The position numbers were made by a program, and so were the translations under genes. From Candidatus Uhrbacteria bacterium GW2011_GWC2_41_11 (GTDB lineage: Bacteria > Patescibacteriota > Patescibacteriia > UBA9934 > GWF2-40-263), in assembly GCA_000996355.1 (NCBI GenBank), contig LCAH01000001.1:85958-149957 (forward strand): a stretch of 64,000 nt of DNA, in the 5' to 3' direction. Of the stretch, positions 27,968-36,639 are shown one piece after another. Every line of letters starts with the position of its first letter. The first letter of the stretch is position 1. The notes under the pieces were generated by a model. That model was not told where the DNA came from. It did not search any database and saw only the letters and a program-made list of their open reading frames with translations.

Positions 27968-28849
27968 ATGAATGTATTTGATGAATCTCCTTCGGAAAGA
28001 CCTCTTTTTTTCCAGAAACGTTTTTTAATGATTGCAGGAGCAATGGTTGTTTTTATTCTTCTTATTTTTTTTGTCTGGAATGTCGTCTCACATCGAAATG
28101 AAACAAAACAACAGGAAGGTCTAGTAAAACAAGCAACTGCGGAATTGGAAAAAGCGCTTGCTCTATGTCAGAAGTCAGATGATCCAACCGGTTGTGCTCA
28201 AACAAAGATAGGAGAAACAGCTATACGTATTGGAGCAGCAATCATTTGTACAAAACTCGATGGGGAGGCAAAAGATAATTGTGTTTTGGGTACGGCTCTT
28301 GAACATGGTCAGATAAAGGATTGTGATTTGATGGAAGATAAAGAAGGAAAGACTTCATGTGAGGATGCCGTGTATCAGCGTCTTGCTTACGAAGAAAATC
28401 ATTTAGACTATTGCAATAAAATGGAGAGTTCTCTTGGAAAAGATCGGTGTTTAGATGGAGTGAGTTATCAAATAGCTGTTAAACAGGGATGCGGGGAAAA
28501 AACAGGAATCGAACCATCCGTCTGCGAAGCGATTCAGACGCTTGAAAGAGTTATCGCAAGTCAGGATCCTTCTCAATGTATGAATATATTTCAAGAAAAC
28601 GATCGTTCTGTTTGTTTGGAAGCGATTGGGTCAGGGGATCGTGACCATGATGATTTAACAGGGGATCAGGAAACACGTTTCGGAACAAGTGATACGAATC
28701 CAGATACAGACGGAGATGGTCTCACAGACAAAGATGAAATAATGGTGTGGGGAACGAATCCTCTTGTGTCTGATTCGGATGGAGATCATTTTACAGATGC
28801 CGAGGAAGTTCAAGGAGGATATAATCCGCTTGGCGCAGGACGTTTATAG
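27968..28849 (+). CDS. Single-TM protein with Cys-paired helical repeats and C-terminal DxDxDG (TSP3-like) Ca-binding repeats
   Basis: N-terminal TM, C..I/L....KD.C repeats, DTDGDGLTD..E...GTNP...DSDGD...EV.GGYNPLG.G. Confidence 0.85.
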   Translation: MNVFDESPSERPLFFQKRFLMIAGAMVVFILLIFFVWNVVSHRNETKQQEGLVKQATAELEKALALCQKSDDPTGCAQTKIGETAIRIGAAIICTKLDGEAKDNCVLGTALEHGQIKDCDLMEDKEGKTSCEDAVYQRLAYEENHLDYCNKMESSLGKDRCLDGVSYQIAVKQGCGEKTGIEPSVCEAIQTLERVIASQDPSQCMNIFQENDRSVCLEAIGSGDRDHDDLTGDQETRFGTSDTNPDTDGDGLTDKDEIMVWGTNPLVSDSDGDHFTDAEEVQGGYNPLGAGRL

Positions 28850-28894
28850 GAATATACTTAAAAGAGTTATTTTTTACGATTGTGTTTTCTTTTT

Positions 28895-29557
28895 ATGTTT
28901 GAGAACGTAAAAAAAGAGCCTGAGGATATTTTTGCTGGAAGCGAAGGGGCTGTCCCGACTCCACCTCCTCCTGTTGCTCTTGCGGGTCAATCTCTTTCTT
29001 CTTCTCGGGAAATTTCTTCGTCCCCCATTTCATCGGAGCAAACCAGAGAAAAACAGACATCTCATTGGTCATGGAAAATGATCGGAATAGTTGGGATGGC
29101 AATTGTCATTGTTGCTGTGGCAGGCGTATTGTCTTCTCGAATTTTAGCAAGTCGTACAAAATCGTCAGATCGCGTTCCTTCTGTGCAAACAGACGAAGAA
29201 AAGATGCAAGAATTAAAAAAAGAGACAGAAAAAATACCAAAAACAACCTCTGAACAAAATAAACCTCAAGAACAAACGTCTGTTATTTTTCCAACTCCAA
29301 TTGTTGTTCCAGAACCAGACGCAGATAAAGATGGTCTTTCTGATGCACAGGAGGCAGAAATTGGAACGAGTCCAACAAATGCAGATACAGATGGTGACGG
29401 GTTGTTTGATCAGGAAGAGGTTGCTGTTTATAAAACCAATCCTCTGAACCCTGATACGGATGGAGATACGTATTTGGATGGAAAGGAAGTATCAAGCGGA
29501 TATAATCCAAATGGTTCTGGAAAATTATTTACTGTTCCAACAGAGGTTGCCCCGTGA
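28895..29557 (+). CDS. Single-TM protein with DxDxDG (TSP3-like) repeats
   Basis: Pro/Ser-rich N-terminus, TM, DADKDGLSD..E..IGT.P..DTDGDGL.D..E...TNP..DTDGD..D..EV..GYNPNG.G. Confidence 0.85.
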   Translation: MFENVKKEPEDIFAGSEGAVPTPPPPVALAGQSLSSSREISSSPISSEQTREKQTSHWSWKMIGIVGMAIVIVAVAGVLSSRILASRTKSSDRVPSVQTDEEKMQELKKETEKIPKTTSEQNKPQEQTSVIFPTPIVVPEPDADKDGLSDAQEAEIGTSPTNADTDGDGLFDQEEVAVYKTNPLNPDTDGDTYLDGKEVSSGYNPNGSGKLFTVPTEVAP

Positions 29558-29581
29558 TAAATACACGTCTTACATAGTGTT

Positions 29582-30589
29582 ATGCCGGATCGTTCTCTAT
29601 CAGTGATTGAAACTCCGGAAGAGGTAAACAAACATTCTGTTGATCCTCTTATTTTTACGATGCCTGAAAAGTATCGGGGGCTTGCCGTTACACAAAAATC
29701 AGTTACACAAAAAACAGTTGTTCCTTTTTCAGGGTCACCTGTTGTTTCTCCACCTGCACCTGTATCTCCGAAAGCTGTTCCGTCTCCACTTTTAAAATCG
29801 AAAATGGCACGATCAACAAAGATTTTACTTATTGCTGGCGGTGTTTTCATTCTGGGAATGGGAGGAACAGGTATTTATTTTGTTTTTTTACGATCTCAAC
29901 CTGCACAACAGCAGGAAATTGTCTCTAAACCGGTTGTCAAAGAACCTATAAAACAAGAACAACCGAAGCCAGTTGTTAAAGAGGAGCCGTCAAAGGAAAA
30001 AATACCTGTTTCGCCTTTTCCGAAAGAATTACTTCCTGGTCGTGATACGGACAGTGATGGATTAACAGATGTGGAAGAAGTTGTATTTGGAACCAATAGC
30101 GGACTTCCAGATTCAGACGCTGACGGATATCTCGATGGAAATGAAGTATCGCATGGATATAATCCAAAAGGAACAGCACCGACAACATTGCTCGAATCTG
30201 GTGCTATAAAAGAATATGCCGCACCTGGAGCCGTCTATCGTTTTTTTTATCCAATTGGCTGGACAACACGAACAGGAGAAATCGATCCGTTGCAAGTCAT
30301 ATTGGTTGTTCCAAGCGGGGAAACAGTGACGGTTACATTGGCGGCAAAAAATGTCACTCAATCTCTGATAGAGTGGTACACTCAAGCGCATCCTGAACGA
30401 CCAGGAACAGATTTTGTTTCAACAACCACAAAAAAAGGATACCCATCCCTTCTTTCGAAAGATCAAATGACTGCCTATGTGGATGCAGGGACAGTTGTGG
30501 CTGCGTTTTTCTATCAATCAGGAACGAAGACGACTCTGGATTATCTCCAGACATTTCAAATGATTTTGAATAGTTTGATTTTAAGTTGA
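29582..30589 (+). CDS. Single-TM protein with DxDxDG repeats and a PsbP-like C-terminal domain
   Basis: TM, Pro/Lys linker, DTDSDGLTD.EE..FGT, GYNP.G, then YRFFYPIGW and terminal F..IL.S. Confidence 0.8.
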   Translation: MPDRSLSVIETPEEVNKHSVDPLIFTMPEKYRGLAVTQKSVTQKTVVPFSGSPVVSPPAPVSPKAVPSPLLKSKMARSTKILLIAGGVFILGMGGTGIYFVFLRSQPAQQQEIVSKPVVKEPIKQEQPKPVVKEEPSKEKIPVSPFPKELLPGRDTDSDGLTDVEEVVFGTNSGLPDSDADGYLDGNEVSHGYNPKGTAPTTLLESGAIKEYAAPGAVYRFFYPIGWTTRTGEIDPLQVILVVPSGETVTVTLAAKNVTQSLIEWYTQAHPERPGTDFVSTTTKKGYPSLLSKDQMTAYVDAGTVVAAFFYQSGTKTTLDYLQTFQMILNSLILS

Positions 30590-31068
30590 ATTCTGTGAAA
30601 ATTCAGGTCGAATGGAACCAATCACGTTTACGTGGTGGTCAGTGCTTACCGCATGTGTTTATCCAGCAAATGGTGGATAAAACGGAACAATATATTCATG
30701 GGAAAGGAAATAAATTCGTTTCTGTCGCGTTTGTTTCTCCCAAGGAAATACGTCGTCTGAATCGAGATTATCGTGGAAAAGATGTCGTGACAGATGTGTT
30801 ATCTTTTCCTCTTCATACGGATGTGTTGGCTGGGGAAGTTTTGATTTGTTTTGAACAAGCAAGACTTCAGGCTCAAGAACAAGGTCATGGTATCCGCAAA
30901 GAGATTGGTATTTTATTTGTGCATGGATTGTTGCATATTTTTGGGTTTGATCATGAAACGAAACAGGATCGAAAAAAAATGTTTCTTCTTCAAACGAAAA
31001 TTCTCGCTCAGGTAGGTATTTCTTGGAAGGATCCTTTTTCTGATGCGGAAAAGACAAAAAAAATATGA
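30586..31068 (+). CDS. ybeY: rRNA maturation endonuclease YbeY
   Basis: LNRDYRGKD.VTDVLSF, HGLLHIFGFDH. Confidence 0.95.
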   Translation: MNSVKIQVEWNQSRLRGGQCLPHVFIQQMVDKTEQYIHGKGNKFVSVAFVSPKEIRRLNRDYRGKDVVTDVLSFPLHTDVLAGEVLICFEQARLQAQEQGHGIRKEIGILFVHGLLHIFGFDHETKQDRKKMFLLQTKILAQVGISWKDPFSDAEKTKKI

Positions 31069-31436
31069 TTCAATTGAGCCGTCTTTTTCAGAGTTTTTGT
31101 CATGCAATGCGTGGACTGAAAATAATCTTTCAATCCGAACAGAGTTTTCGTATTCAAGTTTTTGCTGCTTGTGTTGTTGGAATATTCCTTTTTATGTTTC
31201 CACTTTCTAGGAGTCAGACTGTTGTTATTTTGTTTTTGATGGCCTTTGTTCTCATTCTTGAAATGATTAACAGTATTTTTGAACGTTTAGTTGATGCATT
31301 TAAACCACGTATTCATCCGGTCGTTGGAGAAATAAAAGATATTATGGCAGCGACGGTACTTGTCGCATCTGTTGTCGCAGCATGTATTGGACTTGTAATT
31401 TTTGGACCTCATTTTTTTCGCTTGTTTTTGTCTTGA
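31065..31436 (+). CDS. dgkA: Diacylglycerol/undecaprenol kinase
   Basis: SF.HA.RG, E.SFRIQ, EMINS..ERLVD, IKDIMAA.VL; follows ybeY. Confidence 0.92.
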   Translation: MIQLSRLFQSFCHAMRGLKIIFQSEQSFRIQVFAACVVGIFLFMFPLSRSQTVVILFLMAFVLILEMINSIFERLVDAFKPRIHPVVGEIKDIMAATVLVASVVAACIGLVIFGPHFFRLFLS

Positions 31437-31480
31437 AATTTACGTATACTTAAAAGACAGATTCCGTTTTTTAAACGCCT

Positions 31481-32743
31481 ATGTCGGAAGACGTGATTAT
31501 TGGTTTAGATATCGGTTCACACGCGGTTCGGGTGGCTGTCGGTCAACCTGTTCCAAGCGTGGAAGGAAAGACAAACCAAATGCACATTATTGGTGCAATA
31601 GAAGTTCCATCTGAAGGGATGAGCAGAGGAAATGTCTCAAGCATCGAAGATGCAGTTTCTTCAGTTTCAAAAGTATTGGAACAAACGGAACGTCTGACTG
31701 GATTACCGCTAAGTCGTGCTTGGGTGGGAATTTCAGGTACGCATATTATTGCTCAAGAAAGCCGGGGAGTTATTGGAGTGGCAAGAAGTGATGGAGAAAT
31801 TCGTGAAGAAGATGTTGAACGTGCGATTGAGGCAGCGCGCACAGTTGCTATGCCAACTAATCATGAAATTTTGCATGTGATTCCTCGAAGTTTTACCGTT
31901 GACGGTCAGAGAGGTATCAAAGATCCTGTAGGGATGAACGCGATTCGGCTTGAGGTGGATGCCTTGATTATTCAGGGTCTTAGTTCACAAATCAAAAATT
32001 TAACAAAGTGTGTTTATCGGACAGGATTAGATATTGAGGATCTTGTTTTTTCTATTTTAGCTACGGCAGAAGCAGTGGTGACAAATAAACAAAAAGATCT
32101 GGGGGTGTGTGTAATCAATATTGGTGCTTCCACCACCAGTTTGATTATTTTTGAAGAAGGAGACGTTCTTCATACCGTTGTTCTTCCCATTGGGTCTTCC
32201 CATATTACCTCTGATCTCGCCATTGGTCTTCGAACATCTTTGGATGTGGCAGAGCAGGTTAAAATTCGATACGGTCATGCCTTGCCTGAAGAAGTTGATA
32301 AAAAAGAAGAAATCAATTTAGCTGAACTTGGAGCCCAAGATGAAGAATATGTTGGACGACGTTTTATTGCAGATATTATTGAAGCACGTGTGCAGGAAAT
32401 TTTTGAGAAAGTTGATGCAGAACTTTCAAAAGTGGAACGATCCGGCATGCTTCCGGCCGGTGTTGTCCTCACAGGCGGAGGAGCAAAATTGGCTGGGATG
32501 CTTGAAACGGCAAAACGATCCCTTCGACTCCCGACATCTCTTGGAACGCCCATTGGTGTGACTTCAGTTGTGGAACGTATGAATGATCCAGCAATGAGCA
32601 CAGCAATCGGTCTCGTATTGTGGGGATATAATATTGCATCCTCGACTGAGAGTCATCGGTTTAGTGGAGTTTTTTCAAAAGTGAAGAATGTCAAAAAGAT
32701 GGCAAGTGGTCTTGGAAAGTGGTTTAAGTCCTTGCATCCATAA
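31481..32743 (+). CDS. ftsA: Cell division protein FtsA
   Basis: GLDIGS, VDGQ.GIKDPVGM..IRLE, G.VLTGGGAKL. Confidence 0.97.
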   Translation: MSEDVIIGLDIGSHAVRVAVGQPVPSVEGKTNQMHIIGAIEVPSEGMSRGNVSSIEDAVSSVSKVLEQTERLTGLPLSRAWVGISGTHIIAQESRGVIGVARSDGEIREEDVERAIEAARTVAMPTNHEILHVIPRSFTVDGQRGIKDPVGMNAIRLEVDALIIQGLSSQIKNLTKCVYRTGLDIEDLVFSILATAEAVVTNKQKDLGVCVINIGASTTSLIIFEEGDVLHTVVLPIGSSHITSDLAIGLRTSLDVAEQVKIRYGHALPEEVDKKEEINLAELGAQDEEYVGRRFIADIIEARVQEIFEKVDAELSKVERSGMLPAGVVLTGGGAKLAGMLETAKRSLRLPTSLGTPIGVTSVVERMNDPAMSTAIGLVLWGYNIASSTESHRFSGVFSKVKNVKKMASGLGKWFKSLHP

Positions 32744-32803
32744 AAGTGATTTTTTTACAAGAAGCATATACAGACCCTGGGGATGGTTTGTGTATTTTTT
32801 TAT

Positions 32804-32850
32804 TTGACAACTTTTTTTTTGCGACCTACAGTGTATACGATTTTTGCACA
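32804..32850 (+). promoter_or_regulatory. ftsZ promoter with a downstream DnaA-box-like site
   Basis: TTGACA-17 nt-TACAGT (32804-32832); TTTTGCACA at 32842-32850 fits TTWTNCACA. Confidence 0.55.
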
Positions 32851-32921
32851 GTTGAGCGTAAAATTGACGAAAAAATGTATTCAAGAGGAATAAAAAAACA
32901 AATGCTTTGAACACTTTTTGT

Positions 32922-34214
32922 ATGGCTGAAGTAAAACCCGATATTGAGACGTTCGCTAAAATTAAAGTTTGTGGAATTGGCGGAGGAGGTGGAGCTGCTA
33001 TTAACCGAATGATTACGGATAAAATTAAAAGTGTTGATTTTATTGCTATCAATACCGACATTCAGGCACTTCACCACAGTCTTGCGTCTGTGAAGATTGC
33101 GATTGGAAAGACGGTGACACGCGGACTTGGAGCAGGAATGAATCCTGATCTTGGTCGACGGGCAGCAGAAGAAAATCAAAATGAAATTCGTAATGCATTG
33201 AATGGGGCAGACATGGTCTTTTTAACTTGCGGACTCGGAGGCGGTACCGGAACAGGTGCAGTGGGTGAAGTTGCCAAACTTGCAAAAGATATTGGTGCTT
33301 TGACAGTTGCGGTTGTGACAAAACCATTTGCGTTTGAAGGTGCACAACGTCGACGCATCGCGGAAGAGGGATTTAATCAATTGATTCAATACGTCGATAC
33401 AGTGATTACAATCCCAAATGACCGTGTTCTTCAAATTATTGATAAAAAAACATCGCTTATTGATGCGTTTAATATTGTTGATGATGTTTTGCGTCAGGGT
33501 GTTCAAGGAATTTCCGAATTGATTACCATTCCTGGTTTGATTAATGTGGATTTTGCAGATGTGAAAGCTATCATGGAAAATGCCGGTTCTGCCCTTATGG
33601 GTATTGGTCGTGCCTCTGGAGAAAATCGTGCAGTGGAAGCCGCAAAACAAGCGATCGCCAGCCCATTGCTTGAACTGTCTGTAGATGGAGCCAAAGGTAT
33701 TTTGTTTACGATTACGGGAGGCCATGATCTTGGTATGCATGAAGTGGCCGAAGCTGCGAAAGTAGTGACTGGCTCTGCAGATGAAGATGCAAAAATTATT
33801 TTTGGTGCGATTATTGATGAAGATTTGAAAGAAGAAGTTCGTATCACGGTTGTGGCAACAGGTTTTGATCATCATGAACGTCGGCGCGGTTCCGGATCTG
33901 TCGAAGTCCCTGTTCAAGGGACGTGGACACCGAGTGCATTTCTTCGTGTGCGTGAAGAAGAAGAACGAAAAGAACGAATACGACCAACTATTTCTTCATC
34001 AACGCCTTTATCTTCTTCTGTATCCTCTGTATCTTCTATCTCGCTTAAACCACGACCTATTTTTGAAGAAGCCCGTCCTATTTCAACATCTCAAGCAGTT
34101 GTTCATTCTTCTCCTCCACCTTCTATGCCAAAACTTGCACCAAAAGTGCAACCACCTCCAACAGAGGAAGAGGAATTAGAGATTCCGGCATTTATTCGAA
34201 AGAAAATGATGTAA
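32922..34214 (+). CDS. ftsZ: Cell division protein FtsZ
   Basis: GLGAG..P, GLGGGTGTG tubulin signature, INVDFADV, C-terminal LEIPAFIRK. Confidence 0.98.
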   Translation: MAEVKPDIETFAKIKVCGIGGGGGAAINRMITDKIKSVDFIAINTDIQALHHSLASVKIAIGKTVTRGLGAGMNPDLGRRAAEENQNEIRNALNGADMVFLTCGLGGGTGTGAVGEVAKLAKDIGALTVAVVTKPFAFEGAQRRRIAEEGFNQLIQYVDTVITIPNDRVLQIIDKKTSLIDAFNIVDDVLRQGVQGISELITIPGLINVDFADVKAIMENAGSALMGIGRASGENRAVEAAKQAIASPLLELSVDGAKGILFTITGGHDLGMHEVAEAAKVVTGSADEDAKIIFGAIIDEDLKEEVRITVVATGFDHHERRRGSGSVEVPVQGTWTPSAFLRVREEEERKERIRPTISSSTPLSSSVSSVSSISLKPRPIFEEARPISTSQAVVHSSPPPSMPKLAPKVQPPPTEEEELEIPAFIRKKMM

Positions 34215-34230
34215 ATTATAGTCAGAATAT

Positions 34231-34262
34231 AAAAATCCCTGGAATTATTTTCAGGGATTTTT
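34231..34262 (+). terminator. Intrinsic terminator after ftsZ
   Basis: AAAAATCCCTG...CAGGGATTTTT. Confidence 0.8.
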
Positions 34263-34346
34263 AATAGTGTATTGTAAAAAGAAAGAGAATTTGATATATA
34301 TGAATTGTTCGTTGAAAATATATAAATTCCTTGATATGAGTCCTTT

Positions 34347-34565
34347 GTCAAAAAAATGACAAAGGGTTGGGCTCGTGTCGCTCGAAAGAGCAGGAAGATG
34401 TTCGCGTCAGTGAACGTTCGGTATCCTCCGTTACCATGGGATAATCGATATCTTTGAACAGGAGTCGATGAGAGATTCTTCTTTATGAAGAATAACTAAG
34501 GTGGCACCGCGAGAAAACTCGTCCTTAGCACACAACATGTTTGTGTTTTAAGAACGAGTTTTTAT
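34347..34565 (+). ncRNA. T-box riboswitch leader of trpS (transcriptional)
   Basis: T-box AAGGTGGCACCGCG (34498-34511); antiterminator CTAAGG...CCTTAG; terminator AAAACTCGT...ACGAGTTTTT; Stem II with S-turn-like GAA/GGTA; CCGTTA; located upstream of an aaRS. Confidence 0.85.
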
Positions 34566-34581
34566 TTATGTTATTTTTTGT

Positions 34582-35586
34582 ATGAACACAAAAAAGAGAG
34601 TGCTTACAGGAGATAGACCAACAGGAAAACTTCATTTAGGTCATTATGTTGGATCTCTCCAAAATCGTCTAAGACTTCAATCCGAACACGAGCAAATTTT
34701 TTGTATGATCGCTGATTTGCAGGCTCTTACAGATCACGCAGATCATCCAGAAAAAGTTCGAAAGAATGTTTTGGAAATTACCATGGATAATCTTGCTGTA
34801 GGTTTGGATCCAGATAAAACAGTATTTTTTATTCAATCCCACATTCCAGAAATTGCGGAACTTACCGTGTTGTTCATGAATTTAGTTACGCTCGCACGTC
34901 TTAAACGAAATCCAACTGTGAAGGATGAAATGAAACAAAAAGGATATGGCGAGGATGTTCCTGCTGGATTTTTGGCATACCCAATAAGTCAGGCTGCAGA
35001 TATTTTAACTTTTCATGCAAATAGTATTCCTGTTGGGGAAGATCAACTTCCTGTTCTTGAACAGACGAATGAAATTGTGACAAAGTTTAATAGTCTTTAT
35101 GGAAATCTTTTTTCAAAAATCGAACCTGTTCTCTCAACAGTTCCAAGGCTTGTTGGTGTTGATGGTGGTGCCAAGGCAGGAAAATCATTAGGAAATGCTA
35201 TTTATCTCAGTGATTCAAAAGAGGAAATCATGAGAAAGGTGATGATGATGTACACTGATCCTGATCATATTCGTATGGAGATGCCAGGAAAGATTGAAGG
35301 AAATGTTGTCTTTACCTATCTTGACGTATTTGATCCAGATAAAGAAACTATGCAGATATTAAAAACAAAATACAGTCAAGGTGGACTCGGAGATGTCGAA
35401 ATAAAATATCGTCTTGTGGATATTCTTGAAAACTTTATTGCTCCTATAAGAGAAAAAAGAATTGAGTATGAGTGTCATCCAGAGATGGTATTGCGTATTC
35501 TTGAAGAAGGAACAAATAGAGCACGTGAAATTGCAAAAGAAACAATGTGTGAAGTGAAAAAAGCAATTGGTCTTGATTATTTTTGA
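34582..35586 (+). CDS. trpS: Tryptophan--tRNA ligase
   Basis: LTGDRPTGKLHLGHYVG, YPISQAADI, PVGEDQ, KAGKSLGN (KMSKS variant). Confidence 0.97.
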   Translation: MNTKKRVLTGDRPTGKLHLGHYVGSLQNRLRLQSEHEQIFCMIADLQALTDHADHPEKVRKNVLEITMDNLAVGLDPDKTVFFIQSHIPEIAELTVLFMNLVTLARLKRNPTVKDEMKQKGYGEDVPAGFLAYPISQAADILTFHANSIPVGEDQLPVLEQTNEIVTKFNSLYGNLFSKIEPVLSTVPRLVGVDGGAKAGKSLGNAIYLSDSKEEIMRKVMMMYTDPDHIRMEMPGKIEGNVVFTYLDVFDPDKETMQILKTKYSQGGLGDVEIKYRLVDILENFIAPIREKRIEYECHPEMVLRILEEGTNRAREIAKETMCEVKKAIGLDYF

Positions 35587-35592
35587 AAGATT

Positions 35593-36081
35593 ATGACGTA
35601 TCATCCAACGGTTAAACAAATTATTTCTTTGCTCACCGAACATGAATGTTGGTTTACAACATTTGAACATGAGCCAACGACAACGAGTGAAGAATCAGCA
35701 AATGTTCGACCAGAATACACGCTTCATCATGGAGCAAAAGCAATGATTGTTCGGGTAAAGATATCTGAAACAAATAAAAAATATGTAATGCTTGTATTTC
35801 CAGGGGATCATAAATTTGATCGTCAAAAAGTTCAGTATTTTTTTGAGGCAAAAGATGTTCGATTGGCAACTCCTGAAGAAGTGGGTGCACAAACCGGAGG
35901 AATACAGATTGGGGGTGTTCCGCCATTTGGTCAACTTTTTGGTATGGAGGTGATTGTGGATCCATCTTTGTTAGAGAACGAACAGATGATATTTAATGCA
36001 GGAGATCGTTGTTTTTCCATTGCGATGAGGACAGCGGATTATAAAAATTTGGTTCACCCGGTTATTGCGAAAATGATATAA
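35593..36081 (+). CDS. YbaK/ProX family aminoacyl-tRNA deacylase
   Basis: FEH..T.TSEESA.VR, GAKAM, RLAT.EEV...TG...GGVPPFG, FNAG. Confidence 0.88.
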   Translation: MTYHPTVKQIISLLTEHECWFTTFEHEPTTTSEESANVRPEYTLHHGAKAMIVRVKISETNKKYVMLVFPGDHKFDRQKVQYFFEAKDVRLATPEEVGAQTGGIQIGGVPPFGQLFGMEVIVDPSLLENEQMIFNAGDRCFSIAMRTADYKNLVHPVIAKMI

Positions 36082-36136
36082 GTCCATTGGAAAATGAGAA
36101 TCAAATCTGGTATACTGGAATTGATTTTTTATTGAT

Positions 36137-36631
36137 ATGCGGTGTCCTGCTTGTAACCACTCTGAGACAAAAGTTGTTGATTCGCGCATGTCTGCTGATG
36201 GGGCGAGTATTCGTCGTCGTCGAGAATGTGAGGCGTGTGATTTTCGTTTTTCCACCATGGAAGAAATTGAATTACTTGATTTGGCTGTGATTAAACGTGA
36301 TGGGAGAAAGGAAGTCTATGCACGTGAAAAATTAGTACGAGGTTTAGAAAAAGCATTAGAAAAACGACCGTATGTGGCAGGAGATTTACAAAAACTTGTT
36401 CATAAAATTGAGCGAGACATTCAAAAAAAACATCACGGGGAAATGACAAGTCGAGATATTGGAGAAATAGTCATGAAACATCTGCGCGGATTTGATAAAA
36501 TTGCTTATATTCGTTTCGCGTCCGTGTACCGCTCATTTGAGGATGTACAAAAATTTGACCGCGAACTTCGAAAATTATTAGCGGGTTCCAAAAATGTTTC
36601 CAAAAGACGTGGGTTGTTATCAAAATCTTGA
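36137..36631 (+). CDS. nrdR: Transcriptional repressor NrdR
   Basis: MRCPAC....KVVDSR...IRRRREC..C..RFST.E, ATP cone, AYIRFASVYR.F. Confidence 0.98.
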   Translation: MRCPACNHSETKVVDSRMSADGASIRRRRECEACDFRFSTMEEIELLDLAVIKRDGRKEVYAREKLVRGLEKALEKRPYVAGDLQKLVHKIERDIQKKHHGEMTSRDIGEIVMKHLRGFDKIAYIRFASVYRSFEDVQKFDRELRKLLAGSKNVSKRRGLLSKS

Positions 36632-36639
36632 TGATTTTT

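Noticed and set aside
34342-34365. TGTCA-N6-TGACA in the trpS leader as a TrmB operator like the one at 58042
   Set aside because: The spacing differs (N6 versus N8) and the right half is accounted for by the proposed T-box Stem I; left unresolved
34529-34547. NrdR-box-like ACACAACATGTTTGTGT upstream of the trpS-ybaK-nrdR run
   Set aside because: It has an extra base relative to the palindromic box and is explained as the apical part of the T-box terminator hairpin
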